Shown: positions 1-12,785, counted from the whole stretch's first letter. The stretch: DNA of 63,786 nucleotides, filler included, from an uncultured Acidimicrobiia bacterium (GCA_964347285.1; 3 parts of 3 records of this genome joined end to end with filler, not necessarily neighbours in it); one strand, 5' to 3'. The notes: generated from the letters alone by a model not told the origin. Program-made: numbers and translations.

Positions 1-402
1 CCCGGGACCACCGCCGTCATCGACGAGGCCGACCTGGGGATCGACACCACCGGGGTGGTCAGCTTCATCGCCGATTCTCCGGGCACCAACGAGGTGGGCG
101 GTTCCCAGATCTACGTCGAGGTGCTGGTGGACGACGCCCCGCCGTCGATCATCGGAGCGTCGGTCCGCCTCACCATCGCCGTCGAGTCGACCGGCGGGCC
201 GGTGCTGGCTGTGCCGGTAGGGGCGCTGTCGCTGGCCGCCGACGGCTCGACCCGGGTCCAGCGCCGGAACGGCTCGGTGCTGGAGTTCGTGACGGTGGAA
301 CCCGGGTTGTCGGCCGACGGCATGGTCGAGGTCACCCCGATCGACGGGTCGCTGGCCGCCGGCGACCTGGTCGTGGTGGGGTTCGACCAGGGCAATGCCT
401 GA
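1..402 (+). CDS. Efflux/MacA-like adaptor (peptidoglycan-binding family) protein, 5'-partial
   Basis: Frame is open from base 1. C-terminus VLAVPVGAL...VEPGLSADGMVEV...LAAGDLVVVG is typical of membrane-fusion adaptors; overlaps the downstream MacB-like gene. Confidence 0.7.
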   Translation, partial: PGTTAVIDEADLGIDTTGVVSFIADSPGTNEVGGSQIYVEVLVDDAPPSIIGASVRLTIAVESTGGPVLAVPVGALSLAADGSTRVQRRNGSVLEFVTVEPGLSADGMVEVTPIDGSLAAGDLVVVGFDQGNA

Positions 403-2344
403 GCCCGTCGTCGATCTGCGCGGGGTGAGTCGCCGCTACGGCGCCGATCCTCCGGTCGATGCGCTCCGGGGGGTCGACCTGGTGGTGAACGAAGGCGAAT
501 GGGTCGCCGTGGTGGGGCCGTCGGGCTCGGGTAAGTCGACCCTGCTGCACGTGCTCGGGTGCCTCGACCGGCCCACCGCCGGCACCTACCGCTTCCGGGG
601 GATCGATACCGCCCGGCTCAGCGACCGGCGTCGGGCCGGGCTGCGCAGCCGGGGTATCGGCTTCGTCTTCCAGGCGTTCCACCTCCTGCCTCATCGCACC
701 GTCCTCGAGAACGTGATGCTGTCCGAGGCCTACAGCAAGCACTCCCGCAAGGGCCGGCAGGAGCGCGCCGAGGCGGCCCTCGAGAAGGTGGGGCTCGCCC
801 ATCGGGCCCACTTCCTGCCCACCAAGCTCTCCGGAGGGGAGCGCCAGCGCGTCGCCATCGCCCGGGCGTTGCTCGCCGAGCCGGAGGTGCTGCTGTGCGA
901 CGAGCCGACCGGAAACCTGGACTCGAAGACCACCGACAGCCTGCTCGAGCTGCTGGAGACGCTGCACGGCAACGGGCTGACGATCGTGGTGATCACCCAT
1001 GATCCCCACGTGGCCGAGCGGGCCGAGCGGATCGTCCACATCGTCGACGGGAGGCTCGAGGAGCCGGCGGCCAAGACCCGTCCCGCCGAGACGGCGGGCG
1101 CCGAGGAGGAGGAGGAGGAGGACGCGGCGACGGTTCTCCCCGCCGGTATGTCGACTCGCGATCTGGGGAACGAGGCGCTCTCGGGGCTCCTGGCCCGCCC
1201 CGGGCGCATGGCGCTGACGGTGCTGGGGACGGTGATCGGGCTCACCGCCCTCGTGGCGACCCTGGGCCTGTCCCGGACGGCGAGCAACCGGATCATCGGC
1301 CGCTTCGACGCCCTGCAGGCGACCGAAATCGTGGTCAGCTCGCAGGAGCCCACCCTCAGTGGCGGCCCGGTGGCACTGCCCTGGGACGCTCCCGAGCGCC
1401 TGCGGCGCCTCGACGGCGTGGTCGAGGCGGGCCTCTTGAGCGAGGTCGACGTGGGCGACGCGCTGGTGTCGACGTCGCCGATCAGCGATCCGCAGCGCCG
1501 CACCGATTTGAAGCTCACCATCCAGACCGCCTCACCGGAGCTGTTCGACATCGTGCGGGCCGAAGTGAGGACGGGCCGGCTGTCCGACGAGGGGCATTCG
1601 ACGCGCGGCGATCGAGTTGCCGTGCTGGGGCCCAATGCCGCCGAGCGGCTGGGCATCACCGGGATCGAGGCGCTGCCGGCCATCAGCATCGGCGACGACC
1701 TATTCTCGGTCGTCGGCATTCTCGACGGCGTGTCCCGCCAGCATCAGCTGCTGGCCTCGGTCCTCATTCCCACCGGCACGGCCCAGCAGATCTACGGATT
1801 GCGCGACCCCGAGTTCGTGGTCATCGAAACGCGCATCGGCGCCGCCAAGCTGATCGCCCGCCAGGCTCCGCTGGCGCTGCGGCCCGACAACCCCACCGGG
1901 CTCCAGGTGGCCGCTCCGCCCGAGCAGCAGCGGGTGCGCGAGGCGGTGCAGAGCGACCTCAACATCCTCTTTCTGATGCTGGGCGCCGTCTCGCTGGTGG
2001 TCGGGGCCATCGGAATCGCCAACGTCACCCTGGTCGGAGTGATGGAGCGGACCGGGGAGATCGGCCTGCGGCGGGCCCTCGGGGCCCGGCGGGTTTACAT
2101 CGCCTGGCAGTTCCTGTTGGAGAGCGGGACGATGGGCCTCATCGGCGGAATCCTGGGCGCCAGCGTCGGGGCCCTGGTGGTGGTGTTGGTGTCGGCGGTG
2201 CAGGAATGGACCCCGGTCCTCGACCCGATCGTCCCGTTCGGGGCGGTGGCGGTGGGGATGGTGACCGGACTGCTCTCGGGCGCCTATCCGGCGATGCGGG
2301 CGGCCCGGATGGAGCCGGTCGAAGCGCTGCGGGTGGGGGCGTAG
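395..2344 (+). CDS. MacB/FtsX-type ABC transporter, fused ATP-binding domain and permease
   Basis: Walker A GPSGSGKS, LSGGE signature, DEPTGNLD; C-terminal FtsX-like ERTGEIGLRRALGA and YPAMRAARMEPVEALR. Confidence 0.9.
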   Translation: MPEPVVDLRGVSRRYGADPPVDALRGVDLVVNEGEWVAVVGPSGSGKSTLLHVLGCLDRPTAGTYRFRGIDTARLSDRRRAGLRSRGIGFVFQAFHLLPHRTVLENVMLSEAYSKHSRKGRQERAEAALEKVGLAHRAHFLPTKLSGGERQRVAIARALLAEPEVLLCDEPTGNLDSKTTDSLLELLETLHGNGLTIVVITHDPHVAERAERIVHIVDGRLEEPAAKTRPAETAGAEEEEEEDAATVLPAGMSTRDLGNEALSGLLARPGRMALTVLGTVIGLTALVATLGLSRTASNRIIGRFDALQATEIVVSSQEPTLSGGPVALPWDAPERLRRLDGVVEAGLLSEVDVGDALVSTSPISDPQRRTDLKLTIQTASPELFDIVRAEVRTGRLSDEGHSTRGDRVAVLGPNAAERLGITGIEALPAISIGDDLFSVVGILDGVSRQHQLLASVLIPTGTAQQIYGLRDPEFVVIETRIGAAKLIARQAPLALRPDNPTGLQVAAPPEQQRVREAVQSDLNILFLMLGAVSLVVGAIGIANVTLVGVMERTGEIGLRRALGARRVYIAWQFLLESGTMGLIGGILGASVGALVVVLVSAVQEWTPVLDPIVPFGAVAVGMVTGLLSGAYPAMRAARMEPVEALRVGA

Positions 2345-2384
2345 CGACCAGCTGTGGGGCTGCCGCCGCCACACCCAGGCCGGG

Positions 2385-2480
2385 GACGGTCGTCGGTGGG
2401 GTCGAGCACCGTGGATCGTCCATCGCCCTGGAGCGTGTCGACCAGACCGGCGGCGTTCAGTGCGGCCACCAACGGGAGGA
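2385..2480 (-). pseudogene. Fasciclin (FAS1/MPB70-like) domain remnant
   Basis: LVAALNAAGLVDTLQGDGRSTVLDPTDD matches the fasciclin H1 motif (LVAAL.AAGL..TL.G.GP.TVFAPTD); the flanking sequence does not continue the domain. Confidence 0.55.
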
Positions 2481-2607
2481 ACAGTGCTCGGCTCGAGCGG
2501 CGCGTGATACCGCGCCGGCCTGTCCCGTTGAGCGGGCCCGCAAAGGGTCGTCGATGGTCGTCGTTGACCCGGGTTGGCTAGGGGTGCCCGGCTCGGCCGG
2601 GCCACAC

Positions 2608-3090
2608 CTAGCCGAGTTCGGGCGCCCGCCCGAACTCGTTGGCGAAGATGCCGGCCAGGGCGGTCAGCAGCGCAGCGCCCAGCGGTGCGAACAGCGCCGC
2701 CAGGGGCACCTGGGTGGGGTCGGAGCCGGTCTCCAGTACGGGCAGGTAGATGCTGAGCAGGGTGGCCGCCAGCCACATCCCGATGACCGCTACGGCGAAC
2801 CCGATCCAGATCGGCTTTCGCTCCGCCTTCCAGCGCAGTCTGTTCATGGCCCACAAAACCCCGGCTGTGCCGATGAGACCCCAAAGCCAGGTTCCGAATG
2901 CGGCAAGAGGAAGGTGCTCCTGTTCACCACCGGACACGAGATCGGGAGCGAACACGCTGATCAGTATCACCGCGGTCCAGACCGCGGCCAGCGCCAAAGC
3001 GGTCCATAGCATCCACGATCCGTCGGCGGTGACCGCTCGCCGATCGGCAAGCGCTTTTGGTGGTGTCTTCTCGGTCGCCTGTGTTGTCAT
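2608..3090 (-). CDS. Hypothetical 4-TM membrane protein
   Basis: ATG at 3090 with AGGAGG upstream; four hydrophobic segments. The true start lies inside the longer 2608..4146 ORF. Confidence 0.7.
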   Translation of the reverse strand: MTTQATEKTPPKALADRRAVTADGSWMLWTALALAAVWTAVILISVFAPDLVSGGEQEHLPLAAFGTWLWGLIGTAGVLWAMNRLRWKAERKPIWIGFAVAVIGMWLAATLLSIYLPVLETGSDPTQVPLAALFAPLGAALLTALAGIFANEFGRAPELG

Positions 3091-3326
3091 GATGCCTCCT
3101 GCGAGACGAATCGAAGGCAGCGGTGCACGAGGCACACACCCCACTGATCGTGTCACGGTGTGAGGAGGCGGGCTAGAGCACTCCGTCGCCCGGTGCTCCG
3201 CCATCCGGCCCTGTGTCGTGTCCTCCCCGGGCGGACGGATCGAAGGGGAGCAGGCTCGACCGATCATGGCGCAGTGTGACCCCCCAGGGCGTGGCCAAGC
3301 CGGGCCGAAGAATCTCGAGGTCCCGG

Positions 3327-6040
<2,714 letters not shown>

Positions 6041-6044
<4 letters not shown>

Positions 6045-7252
6045 GAACTCTCCTCGGCGAGTTCGCGAACATACGTGGCTTCGCCCGGTTGGGCAGGGGA
6101 TTGGTCGGTGTCGGGGCCGTGATCGACGCGACCGCCGAGCTGGACGAACACCGGTCCCACGATGGCCAGCCCGACCACCACCGCCGTCGCCAGTGGAGCC
6201 AGCTCCGGCTCCAGACCACCCTCGATGCCGAGTTCGGCGATGATGATCGAGAACTCACCGCGGGCCACCAGCAGCGCGGCGGCGCGGCGCCGGCCACCGG
6301 TGCCGGCCCCGAACCTGAAACCGGCGACCCATCCCGTGGCGAGCTTGGTGCACGCGGCGACGACGACCAGCACCAGGGCGGGGACCAGGACCGGGGGAAT
6401 CGCACCGGGGTCGATCTGAAGCCCGAAGAACACGAAGAACGCCGCCCCGAAGAGGTCCCGCAGTGGCCCGAGGAGCCGGTCGGCCCGCTGGGCAGCCTCC
6501 CCCGACACGGCGAGCCCGATCAGAAAGGCCCCGACGGCCGCCGAGACGCGGAACTGCTCGGCGAGCCCGGCCACCATGAGGACCATCCCCAGCAGGCCCA
6601 GCAGCACCGACTCGTCCGACGGGGTGAAGACGAGCCGGCTGAGGTGAGGGCCGAAACGTCCGGCGGTCACCATGACGATCACCACCACCAACATCGCCCC
6701 GGCCACCGTCAGGGCGGCGGTGCCGGCGCCGGCGCCGAGCACGAGAGCCGCGGCAACGGCCAGGTAGACGGCCATCACCAGGTCCTCGATCACCAGCACG
6801 GACAAGACGGCCGGGGTCTCCCGGTTGCCCATCCAGCCGAGATCGCGCAGGAGCTTGGCGGCGATGCCCGAAGACGAGATGTAGGTGACCCCTCCGAGCA
6901 AGAACGACGCCGCCGGCGACCAGCCCAGGGCCAGCCCGACGACGAACCCGGGGGCGAAGTTGAGGACCAGGTCGACCGTTCCCGAGACGTAGGCCCGGCG
7001 GGCTCCGGCGGTGAGTTCGTCGACCGAGTACTCGACACCGAGGAGGAACAACAGGAGGATGGCGCCCAGCTCGGCGCCCAGATCGATGAACTCGCGGCTC
7101 ACGTCGAGCGGGACGGGACCGTGCTCACCGATCACCAATCCCAGCCCGAGGAACAGAGGAATCGGCGAGAACGAAAACCGGGCCGCCGCCCTCGCCAGGA
7201 CGGTCAGAGCGAGAAGGACTCCCCCCAGCTCGAGCAGGAACAACCCTCGCAT
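6041..7252 (-). CDS. CPA2 cation:proton antiporter (KhtU-like)
   Basis: Polytopic protein with YISSSGI, LVIEDL and RGEFSIIIA CPA2 motifs; start at 7252, just after the khtT-like gene. Confidence 0.9.
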
Positions 7253-7256
7253 GGCA

Positions 7257-7760
7257 TTACGACTCGCCTCTGAGGATCTCGCCCGCAGCGGAGAGGCCCT
7301 CAGAGGTGCCGACGGCCACCAGCACGTCCCCATCGGTGAACTCGAATGCCGGGGCGGGGGAGGGAACCACCTTGCCATCCCGAATGACGGCGACGATCGA
7401 GACACCGGTTCGTGTCCGCAGCCGGGTGTCTCCCAGCGGGCGACCCACGTAGGGGCTGGCGGCGTCGATCGGCAGCCAGTCGACGGCGATCCCGGCCGCC
7501 GCCTCCTGGAGATGCGACAGCTCGTGGGAGAACTCCGAGCCCCCGAACAATTCGGTGAGCGTGGCGGCTTCGGTCGGCGTCAACTGCACCGACGCCTGGG
7601 CCAGGTCGGGGTCGTCCTCATGGCAGATGAACAGCTCCAAGCCGCCCTGCTGGCGATGGATCACCCCCACCCGCCGGCCGTCTTCCGCCGTCAGTTCCAG
7701 CCGCAAGCCGACACCAGGAAGCGGTGTCCGCTCCACCCTCACATCTCGTCGGTCCGTCAC
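7257..7760 (-). CDS. Antiporter regulatory subunit with TrkA-C/RCK-C domain (KhtT-like)
   Basis: VERTPLPGVG N-terminus and LRTRTGVSIVAVIR...GDVLVAVGT RCK_C motif; GGAGG RBS before GTG at 7760. Confidence 0.88.
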   Translation of the reverse strand: MTDRRDVRVERTPLPGVGLRLELTAEDGRRVGVIHRQQGGLELFICHEDDPDLAQASVQLTPTEAATLTELFGGSEFSHELSHLQEAAAGIAVDWLPIDAASPYVGRPLGDTRLRTRTGVSIVAVIRDGKVVPSPAPAFEFTDGDVLVAVGTSEGLSAAGEILRGES

Positions 7761-7944
7761 CGTTTCGTCCTCCCGGCAGTCCTTGCAAGCCGGACCGTAG
7801 CGGCAAGGTTCGCTGCTACGAGCGTCCTCACCGAGCGGCGTCCGGCTGAAAGGTACCGTCACCGGGCGCCGTTGGCATACCGCTCGACTACTCGCATGCC
7901 ACCGTGTCGGAGCCGGCCGCCGCCACACTCTCGACCGTCGGAGG

Positions 7945-9060
7945 TCACCCCTGGCGCTCGCGCACGGGCTCGGTTGGCAGGGTCAGCGTGAAAGTGGATC
8001 CTCGACCGAGTCCTGGGGAGGAGGCGGTGATATTGCCACCGTGCAATCGTGCCAAGCTGCGAGCAATGGTGAGGCCGATACCGGTGCCGCCGGCGGTCGA
8101 CCGATCGGCCCGGTAGAACCGCTCGAACACCAGGGCGAGCTGATCGGGGCTCAGGCCTCGACCGGTGTCGGCCACCGTCACTTGCGCCATCCCGCCGTGC
8201 CTCTCTGCACGCACCGTGACGTGACCGCCCGTCGCCGTGTAGGAGAGGGAGTTGCCGATGAGGTTGGTGAGCACCTGGGCGATCCGGTCGCGGTCGACGG
8301 TCACCGGCACCGCCGGACCCTGGTCCACGGTGAGCTCCACACCCCCGTCGTCGAACTGGGGACGGAGCCGCCCGGCCACTTCGGCGGCCAGCACACCCAG
8401 GTCGACGTGCTCGGGTCGGAGGTCGATCCTGCCCTCTTCGGTTCGGGAAAGCTCGCTCAAGTCGGCGGCCAACCGCTCCATACGCCGGGCCTCCCGCACC
8501 GCCGCCCCGAGCGTCTCCGGGTCGGGCTCGAACACTCCATCCAGCAGCCCCTCCATGTATCCCTTCAAGGTGGTCACCGGCGTCCTCAGCTCGTGGGCGA
8601 CTTCCGACACGAGCCGTATCCGGCGCTGCTCCGTTTGTTCCAGGGCCTCGGCCAGCGCGTTGACGTCGGTCGCCAGACCGGCCAGCTCTTCTTCTTGGGG
8701 GATCGGAACACGTTCCCTGTATGAGCCGGTGGCAAGCCGTCGGGCGACCCGGCGAACGTGTTCGAGCGGGCGGAGCACACGAGCGGCAGCGAAGGTGGCG
8801 GCCGCCGCTGCGGCCAGGGCGCTGAAGATGGCCGCCCAGAGGAGGGCTCGATCGAAGGCAGCGGTTATCCCGACTTCCAACTCGAGCGCGTCGCCCGACG
8901 CCATTCCTCCCATCATGCGGCCCATCGACCGCAGGTGGTCGTCGACGAACACAGAACCGAGTCTCCGGCCGGCCACCAGCAGAACGACCAGGCCGATTGC
9001 CATCACGACCAGGTGGGAGAGCAGCAGCCTGGCTCGCAGGGTCCCGAACAGTCGTCTCAC
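7945..9060 (-). CDS. HAMP-domain sensor histidine kinase (BaeS/CopS-like)
   Basis: Two TMs, HAMP domain, HELRTP H-box, N box, DTGRG, FERFYRAD, GTGIGL. Confidence 0.93.
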   Translation of the reverse strand: MRRLFGTLRARLLLSHLVVMAIGLVVLLVAGRRLGSVFVDDHLRSMGRMMGGMASGDALELEVGITAAFDRALLWAAIFSALAAAAAATFAAARVLRPLEHVRRVARRLATGSYRERVPIPQEEELAGLATDVNALAEALEQTEQRRIRLVSEVAHELRTPVTTLKGYMEGLLDGVFEPDPETLGAAVREARRMERLAADLSELSRTEEGRIDLRPEHVDLGVLAAEVAGRLRPQFDDGGVELTVDQGPAVPVTVDRDRIAQVLTNLIGNSLSYTATGGHVTVRAERHGGMAQVTVADTGRGLSPDQLALVFERFYRADRSTAGGTGIGLTIARSLARLHGGNITASSPGLGRGSTFTLTLPTEPVRERQG

Positions 9061-9827
9061 TTGGGGGTCGCCACGAACTTGTAGCCGACACCGCGCACGG
9101 TGCTGATGAACCGGGGTTCTGATGCATCGTCGCCGAGGGCCTTACGCAGGTTGCCGATATGGACGTCGACGACGCGCTCGGCACCGAAGTAGTCCCACCC
9201 CCACACCCGTTCGAGCAGTTGCGCCCTGGTGAACACCCTGCCGGGCGCCGACGCCAACGCCTCCAGAAGGTCGAACTCCAGGGCGGTCAGGTCGACGTTG
9301 GTGCCGCCGACCCGGATCTCGCGCCGGGCGGTGTCGAGGATGATGCCGGTGAACTCCATCACGTCGTCACTGTCGGCTGCGTCTCGCCGTCCCCGTCGCA
9401 GGACGGCCCTGATCCGGGCCACCAGCTCCCGCGGGCTGAACGGCTTGGTCACGTAATCGTCGGCGCCCATCGTCAGGCCCAGTATCCGATCGATCTCCTC
9501 CGTCCGGGCGGTGAGCATGATCACCGGCGTGTCCGAGGCCTTGCGGACCTCCTGGAGCACCGAGAACCCGTCCATTCGCGGCATCCCAACATCGAGCACG
9601 ACCAGATCCACAGAACCACCCCGAAGTATCGAGAGGGCCTCCTCCCCGTTGCTCGCATCGGCGACGTCGAAGCCTTCTGCTTGGAGGTACCGCCGCACCA
9701 TGCGTCTCAGATCGGGCTCGTCGTCGACGAGCAGAATCCGCTGTCGTTCCACGCCGGCAATGGTAAAGGTGCCGTTCTCGGGGAACGGCACCTCACCGGT
9801 ACCTGCGGAAGCACGGTCGGCGGTCAC
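9057..9827 (-). CDS. OmpR-family response regulator (start may be at 9752)
   Basis: LLVDDE, VLDVGMP, GADDYVTKPF, winged helix with TVRGVGYK. Confidence 0.93.
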   Translation of the reverse strand: MTADRASAGTGEVPFPENGTFTIAGVERQRILLVDDEPDLRRMVRRYLQAEGFDVADASNGEEALSILRGGSVDLVVLDVGMPRMDGFSVLQEVRKASDTPVIMLTARTEEIDRILGLTMGADDYVTKPFSPRELVARIRAVLRRGRRDAADSDDVMEFTGIILDTARREIRVGGTNVDLTALEFDLLEALASAPGRVFTRAQLLERVWGWDYFGAERVVDVHIGNLRKALGDDASEPRFISTVRGVGYKFVATPK

Positions 9828-10183
9828 AGATTGGGCTCACGGCCCATCATGAATTCGGCACCCATCATGGGCCCCCAACCGGTCATAGAGGCTCCGTCCA
9901 TCATCGACCCGGGGTGACTGGTCATGGGGTGGCCGTGGTCACCGTGCTCGCCGTGCATCGTGGCAGTCATGTGCTCCGTGTGCGCCCATGAGGGTTCGGC
10001 GGGCATCGACTCATGCATCGACGTCATCCACTCGTCCATGCCGTCGTGAGGCACGGCGTCATGGTTCACGCACGTTCCCTCCGGATACACCGGCGCCGAC
10101 TCTTGCGCCACCGCGGGGAGCGCTATTGCGGCGAGCGCGATCACTGCGAGGAGGGTTGCCAGAGCGACGGTCGTCTTGGTCAT
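9824..10183 (-). CDS. Secreted His/Met-rich putative metal-binding protein
   Basis: Signal peptide (ending AVA-QE) followed by a His/Met-rich low-complexity region; stop overlaps the regulator start. Confidence 0.65.
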   Translation of the reverse strand: MTKTTVALATLLAVIALAAIALPAVAQESAPVYPEGTCVNHDAVPHDGMDEWMTSMHESMPAEPSWAHTEHMTATMHGEHGDHGHPMTSHPGSMMDGASMTGWGPMMGAEFMMGREPNL

Positions 10184-10215
10184 GGTTTTCCTTTCCCTTG
10201 TGCCGTGTGGGCGGG

Positions 10216-10674
10216 TCACCGATTGGGCAGAACTGTGAGGACGCCGCTCATGCCTGCAGCGGCGTGTCCCGGGAATGTGCAGAGAACTTCGAAGGATCTG
10301 GCCTCGTTGGCGACGATGCCGATGGTGGCTCGGACGCCCGGGTCGGCCGCGACGCGCCTACCCAGCGCGGGTATGACGAGATCGTGAGGCACGGCTCTGC
10401 CGTTGTTCAACGTCAGGTTGACCGGCTCGCCGACCTCGACCGTCGCCTCGGGCGGCGAGAAGGCCAAATCGGTGGCAACCCCGACGAGTTCGCGGGCTCC
10501 GTCGATTCGGCGCTCCGGGGTGGGACCGTTGGGCCACCAGCTCATGTGGTCGTGACCGAATGCGTACCACTGCGGCCGGGCCGGCGAGGACGTGATCGAA
10601 GTTCCGATGCCGGGCCCGATCACTGAGGCTGCCACCGCGATCAGGCCCACGGTGAGCAAGGTGCGCCGGCGCAT
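10216..10674 (-). CDS. Cupredoxin (type-1 copper) domain protein
   Basis: PHDLV...LCTFPGHAAAGM gives the His-Cys-His-Met ligand set; N-terminal MRRR signal. Confidence 0.85.
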   Translation of the reverse strand: MRRRTLLTVGLIAVAASVIGPGIGTSITSSPARPQWYAFGHDHMSWWPNGPTPERRIDGARELVGVATDLAFSPPEATVEVGEPVNLTLNNGRAVPHDLVIPALGRRVAADPGVRATIGIVANEARSFEVLCTFPGHAAAGMSGVLTVLPNR

Positions 10675-10678
10675 CGCC

Positions 10679-10885
10679 TCACCCGGCCAGCTCACGGCGG
10701 CGTGCTTCGAACTCGTTGGCGTCGAGCTCTCCCCGCGCGAACCTCTCTTCGAGGATCTCCATCGCCCGGCTGCCCGAGCGCCGACCGTATTCCTCTGGCC
10801 GGCGGATGGCCCATGCCACGACCAGGATCAACCCGATCCAGAACAGCGCCATCCACAGAAACCAGAGTTCTCCATGGCCCCACAT
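10679..10885 (-). CDS. SHOCT-domain small membrane protein
   Basis: TM helix followed by AMEILEERFARGELDANEFEARRREL; AAAGGAG RBS. Confidence 0.88.
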   Translation of the reverse strand: MWGHGELWFLWMALFWIGLILVVAWAIRRPEEYGRRSGSRAMEILEERFARGELDANEFEARRRELAG

Positions 10886-10958
10886 GAGGGCAACTCCTTT
10901 CTGTTCATGTCGTGCCGCTATTGAACGGGGACGACATCAAGCCATGACCTTTCTCAGA

Positions 10959-10974
10959 TCAAGATTGCGTGAAG
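10959..10974. promoter_or_regulatory. Putative OmpR/CopR-type direct-repeat operator
   Basis: TCAAGattgcgTGAAG has half-sites 11 bp apart, upstream of the SHOCT-cupredoxin operon; resembles the Corynebacterium CopR repeat TGAAGATTTnnTGAAG. Confidence 0.45.
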
Positions 10975-11002
10975 GTGGGGAAGGCTCACCCGGTCGTGGC
11001 CT

Positions 11003-11401
11003 TCAGTGCCACTGAAGTGGCGTCGCCCCGCGACCACCACGACCCTCACTGACGCAGGAAGCGGCGGGCCCATTGCGTGGGATCGGTTGGAGCTGCAGCG
11101 AACGGTTCCTGTTTCGTGTCCGTAGGAGAACCGGCGCCCGGGGGGGCGATGCTGAGAGGGCTGCTGCGGCGGCCTCGGGCGGGCGACGTCGCGGTCCGGC
11201 AAGTCGGGGAGGAGGCGTCGCCGGGTCCGAACGTACCCGCATTCGCAGATCGACGAGACGTTCCCAGACGGCGTTGCTGAGGCGTCCCGGGCCTGCCGGA
11301 CTCCCGGCCGGCGATCGGACGAGACGGTGCCGGGCGGCCGGCTCTCGTCTTGCACGGATGAGTTCTCGTGCCAGTTCCGTCCCGAGAAACGGGTGCGCCA
11401 T
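11003..11401 (-). CDS. Possible small hypothetical protein
   Basis: ATG at 11401 preceded by ACAGGAGG; MAHPFLGTELARELIRARR N-terminus looks protein-like, the C-terminus is doubtful. Confidence 0.3.
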   Translation of the reverse strand: MAHPFLGTELARELIRARREPAARHRLVRSPAGSPAGPGRLSNAVWERLVDLRMRVRSDPATPPPRLAGPRRRPPEAAAAALSASPPRAPVLLRTRNRNRSLQLQPIPRNGPAASCVSEGRGGRGATPLQWH

Positions 11402-11653
11402 GTGGCACCTCCTGTGAACGGTTCGACTGGGGGGACTGCGTAGGCGTAGACGCCCCATTCCTCGTCCCGGGCCGAGACCATCCGGAACGCACTCAGGCCA
11501 ACCGGAACATACTCGCCGCCCACAGCGGGCCGAGGTGGGGCACCGTCGCCCGAACCGTGGAGCCGCCGCGCCGGTTTGCCACGAAGAGTGCCCCCTCGGC
11601 CGTCACGCCGAGGGGGCGGGCACCTGCTTGGCGTCCGGCTTGGGCGCGGCCGG

Positions 11654-12445
11654 TCAATAGGTGAAGGTGACATCGGCGGCTCCGGCGGCCGCCTGATTGC
11701 GGAGGTGCCAGACGGAGCCGCGGACGACTCCGATGGTGTCGATGCCGTCTCCGTTCCAGTCGCCGGCGACCGGCCTATCCGACGAGTCGCCGAAGCGGAA
11801 GTCGATGTCGCTCGTACCGGAGGAGTTGGAGTTACGCAACAGCCAGCGGTCGCCCCGGACCACTCCGGGAGTGTCGATACCGTCGCCGTTCCAGTCGCCG
11901 ACCACCGGCCGGTCGCCCGCATTGCCGTAGGTGAACACGAGGTCGGCGGGGCCGGCCGAGTTCGAGTTCCGCAGGTGCCAGACGCCGCCGCGGACCACGC
12001 CGGAGGTCTCGATGCCGTCCCCGTTCCAGTCGCCCATCACGACGGTGCCTCCCGACTGGGGGGTCGGCGCCGGCGGGGTTGCCACGGGGGCGGTGAGAAA
12101 GCGGGCGCCGACCCACCCGGTGAGGCCTGAGTCGTTGTACTCCACCTGGCGCCACAGCGAGCCGGAGACGGTGGCGATCCGTCCGGTCGATGTGAGGTCG
12201 ACGGTGCTGTGGGCCAGCCGGGCGACAACCGGGTTGGTGGTTCCGGGCCGGCGCGGACGTTCAACGAGTCGCCGGCGGCCGGCCCGGTGACATCCCAGTG
12301 GCCGGCTTTCTCATTGCCGAATACCGGAGGCTCGACCGGGGTCACGTGGCGCACGAGGAACGCAGCACTCACCCTTCCGGTGTCGCCAGTGGGGTACTCG
12401 ACCTGCCGCCACAGCGAGCCGGAGGCCAGTGCGCCGTGTCCTCTT
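11654..12445 (-). pseudogene. Truncated, frameshifted surface protein with SH3b repeats and GDWNGDG (FG-GAP/VCBS-like) repeats
   Basis: DSLNVRAGP/GTTNPVVARL is joined by a 1-nt frameshift near 12244; GSLWRQVEY is duplicated; three GDWNGDGI[ED]T repeats; no start or signal peptide. Confidence 0.75.
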
Positions 12446-12494
12446 GCCGAGGCCGATCACGGCCAAGCCGGTTCCGCGTGGGCGCCTACGCCGC

Positions 12495-12785
12495 CTAGCT
12501 CAGATGAAGTACGACCCGTCCTTCCGAGACCGCTGGTGGGCTCGTGCCCAGGTCGGCTGCGTTCTCTTGGATCCAGTCTCGTGCCACCTGCATGCTCTCG
12601 TCGGTGCCCGCCTTGTCCTCGCAGACCGTAACGGTGACCCCGCCGTCGTCGGTGCGGATGAGCGAATAGCCGACGAACCCAGTTACCGGCCGAATGATGC
12701 TTTCGATTTCCCCTTGACGTTCCTCGAGCAGGTCGAACAACTCTTTCGCTCCCGACCCTGAGTAGCTTCTCACGACCGCGTACAT
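12495..12785 (-). CDS. Hypothetical protein (ABM/dimeric alpha-beta barrel-like)
   Basis: MYAVVRSY...GFVGYSLI...TVTVCEDKAG pattern; GGGAGG RBS. Confidence 0.7.
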   Translation of the reverse strand: MYAVVRSYSGSGAKELFDLLEERQGEIESIIRPVTGFVGYSLIRTDDGGVTVTVCEDKAGTDESMQVARDWIQENAADLGTSPPAVSEGRVVLHLS

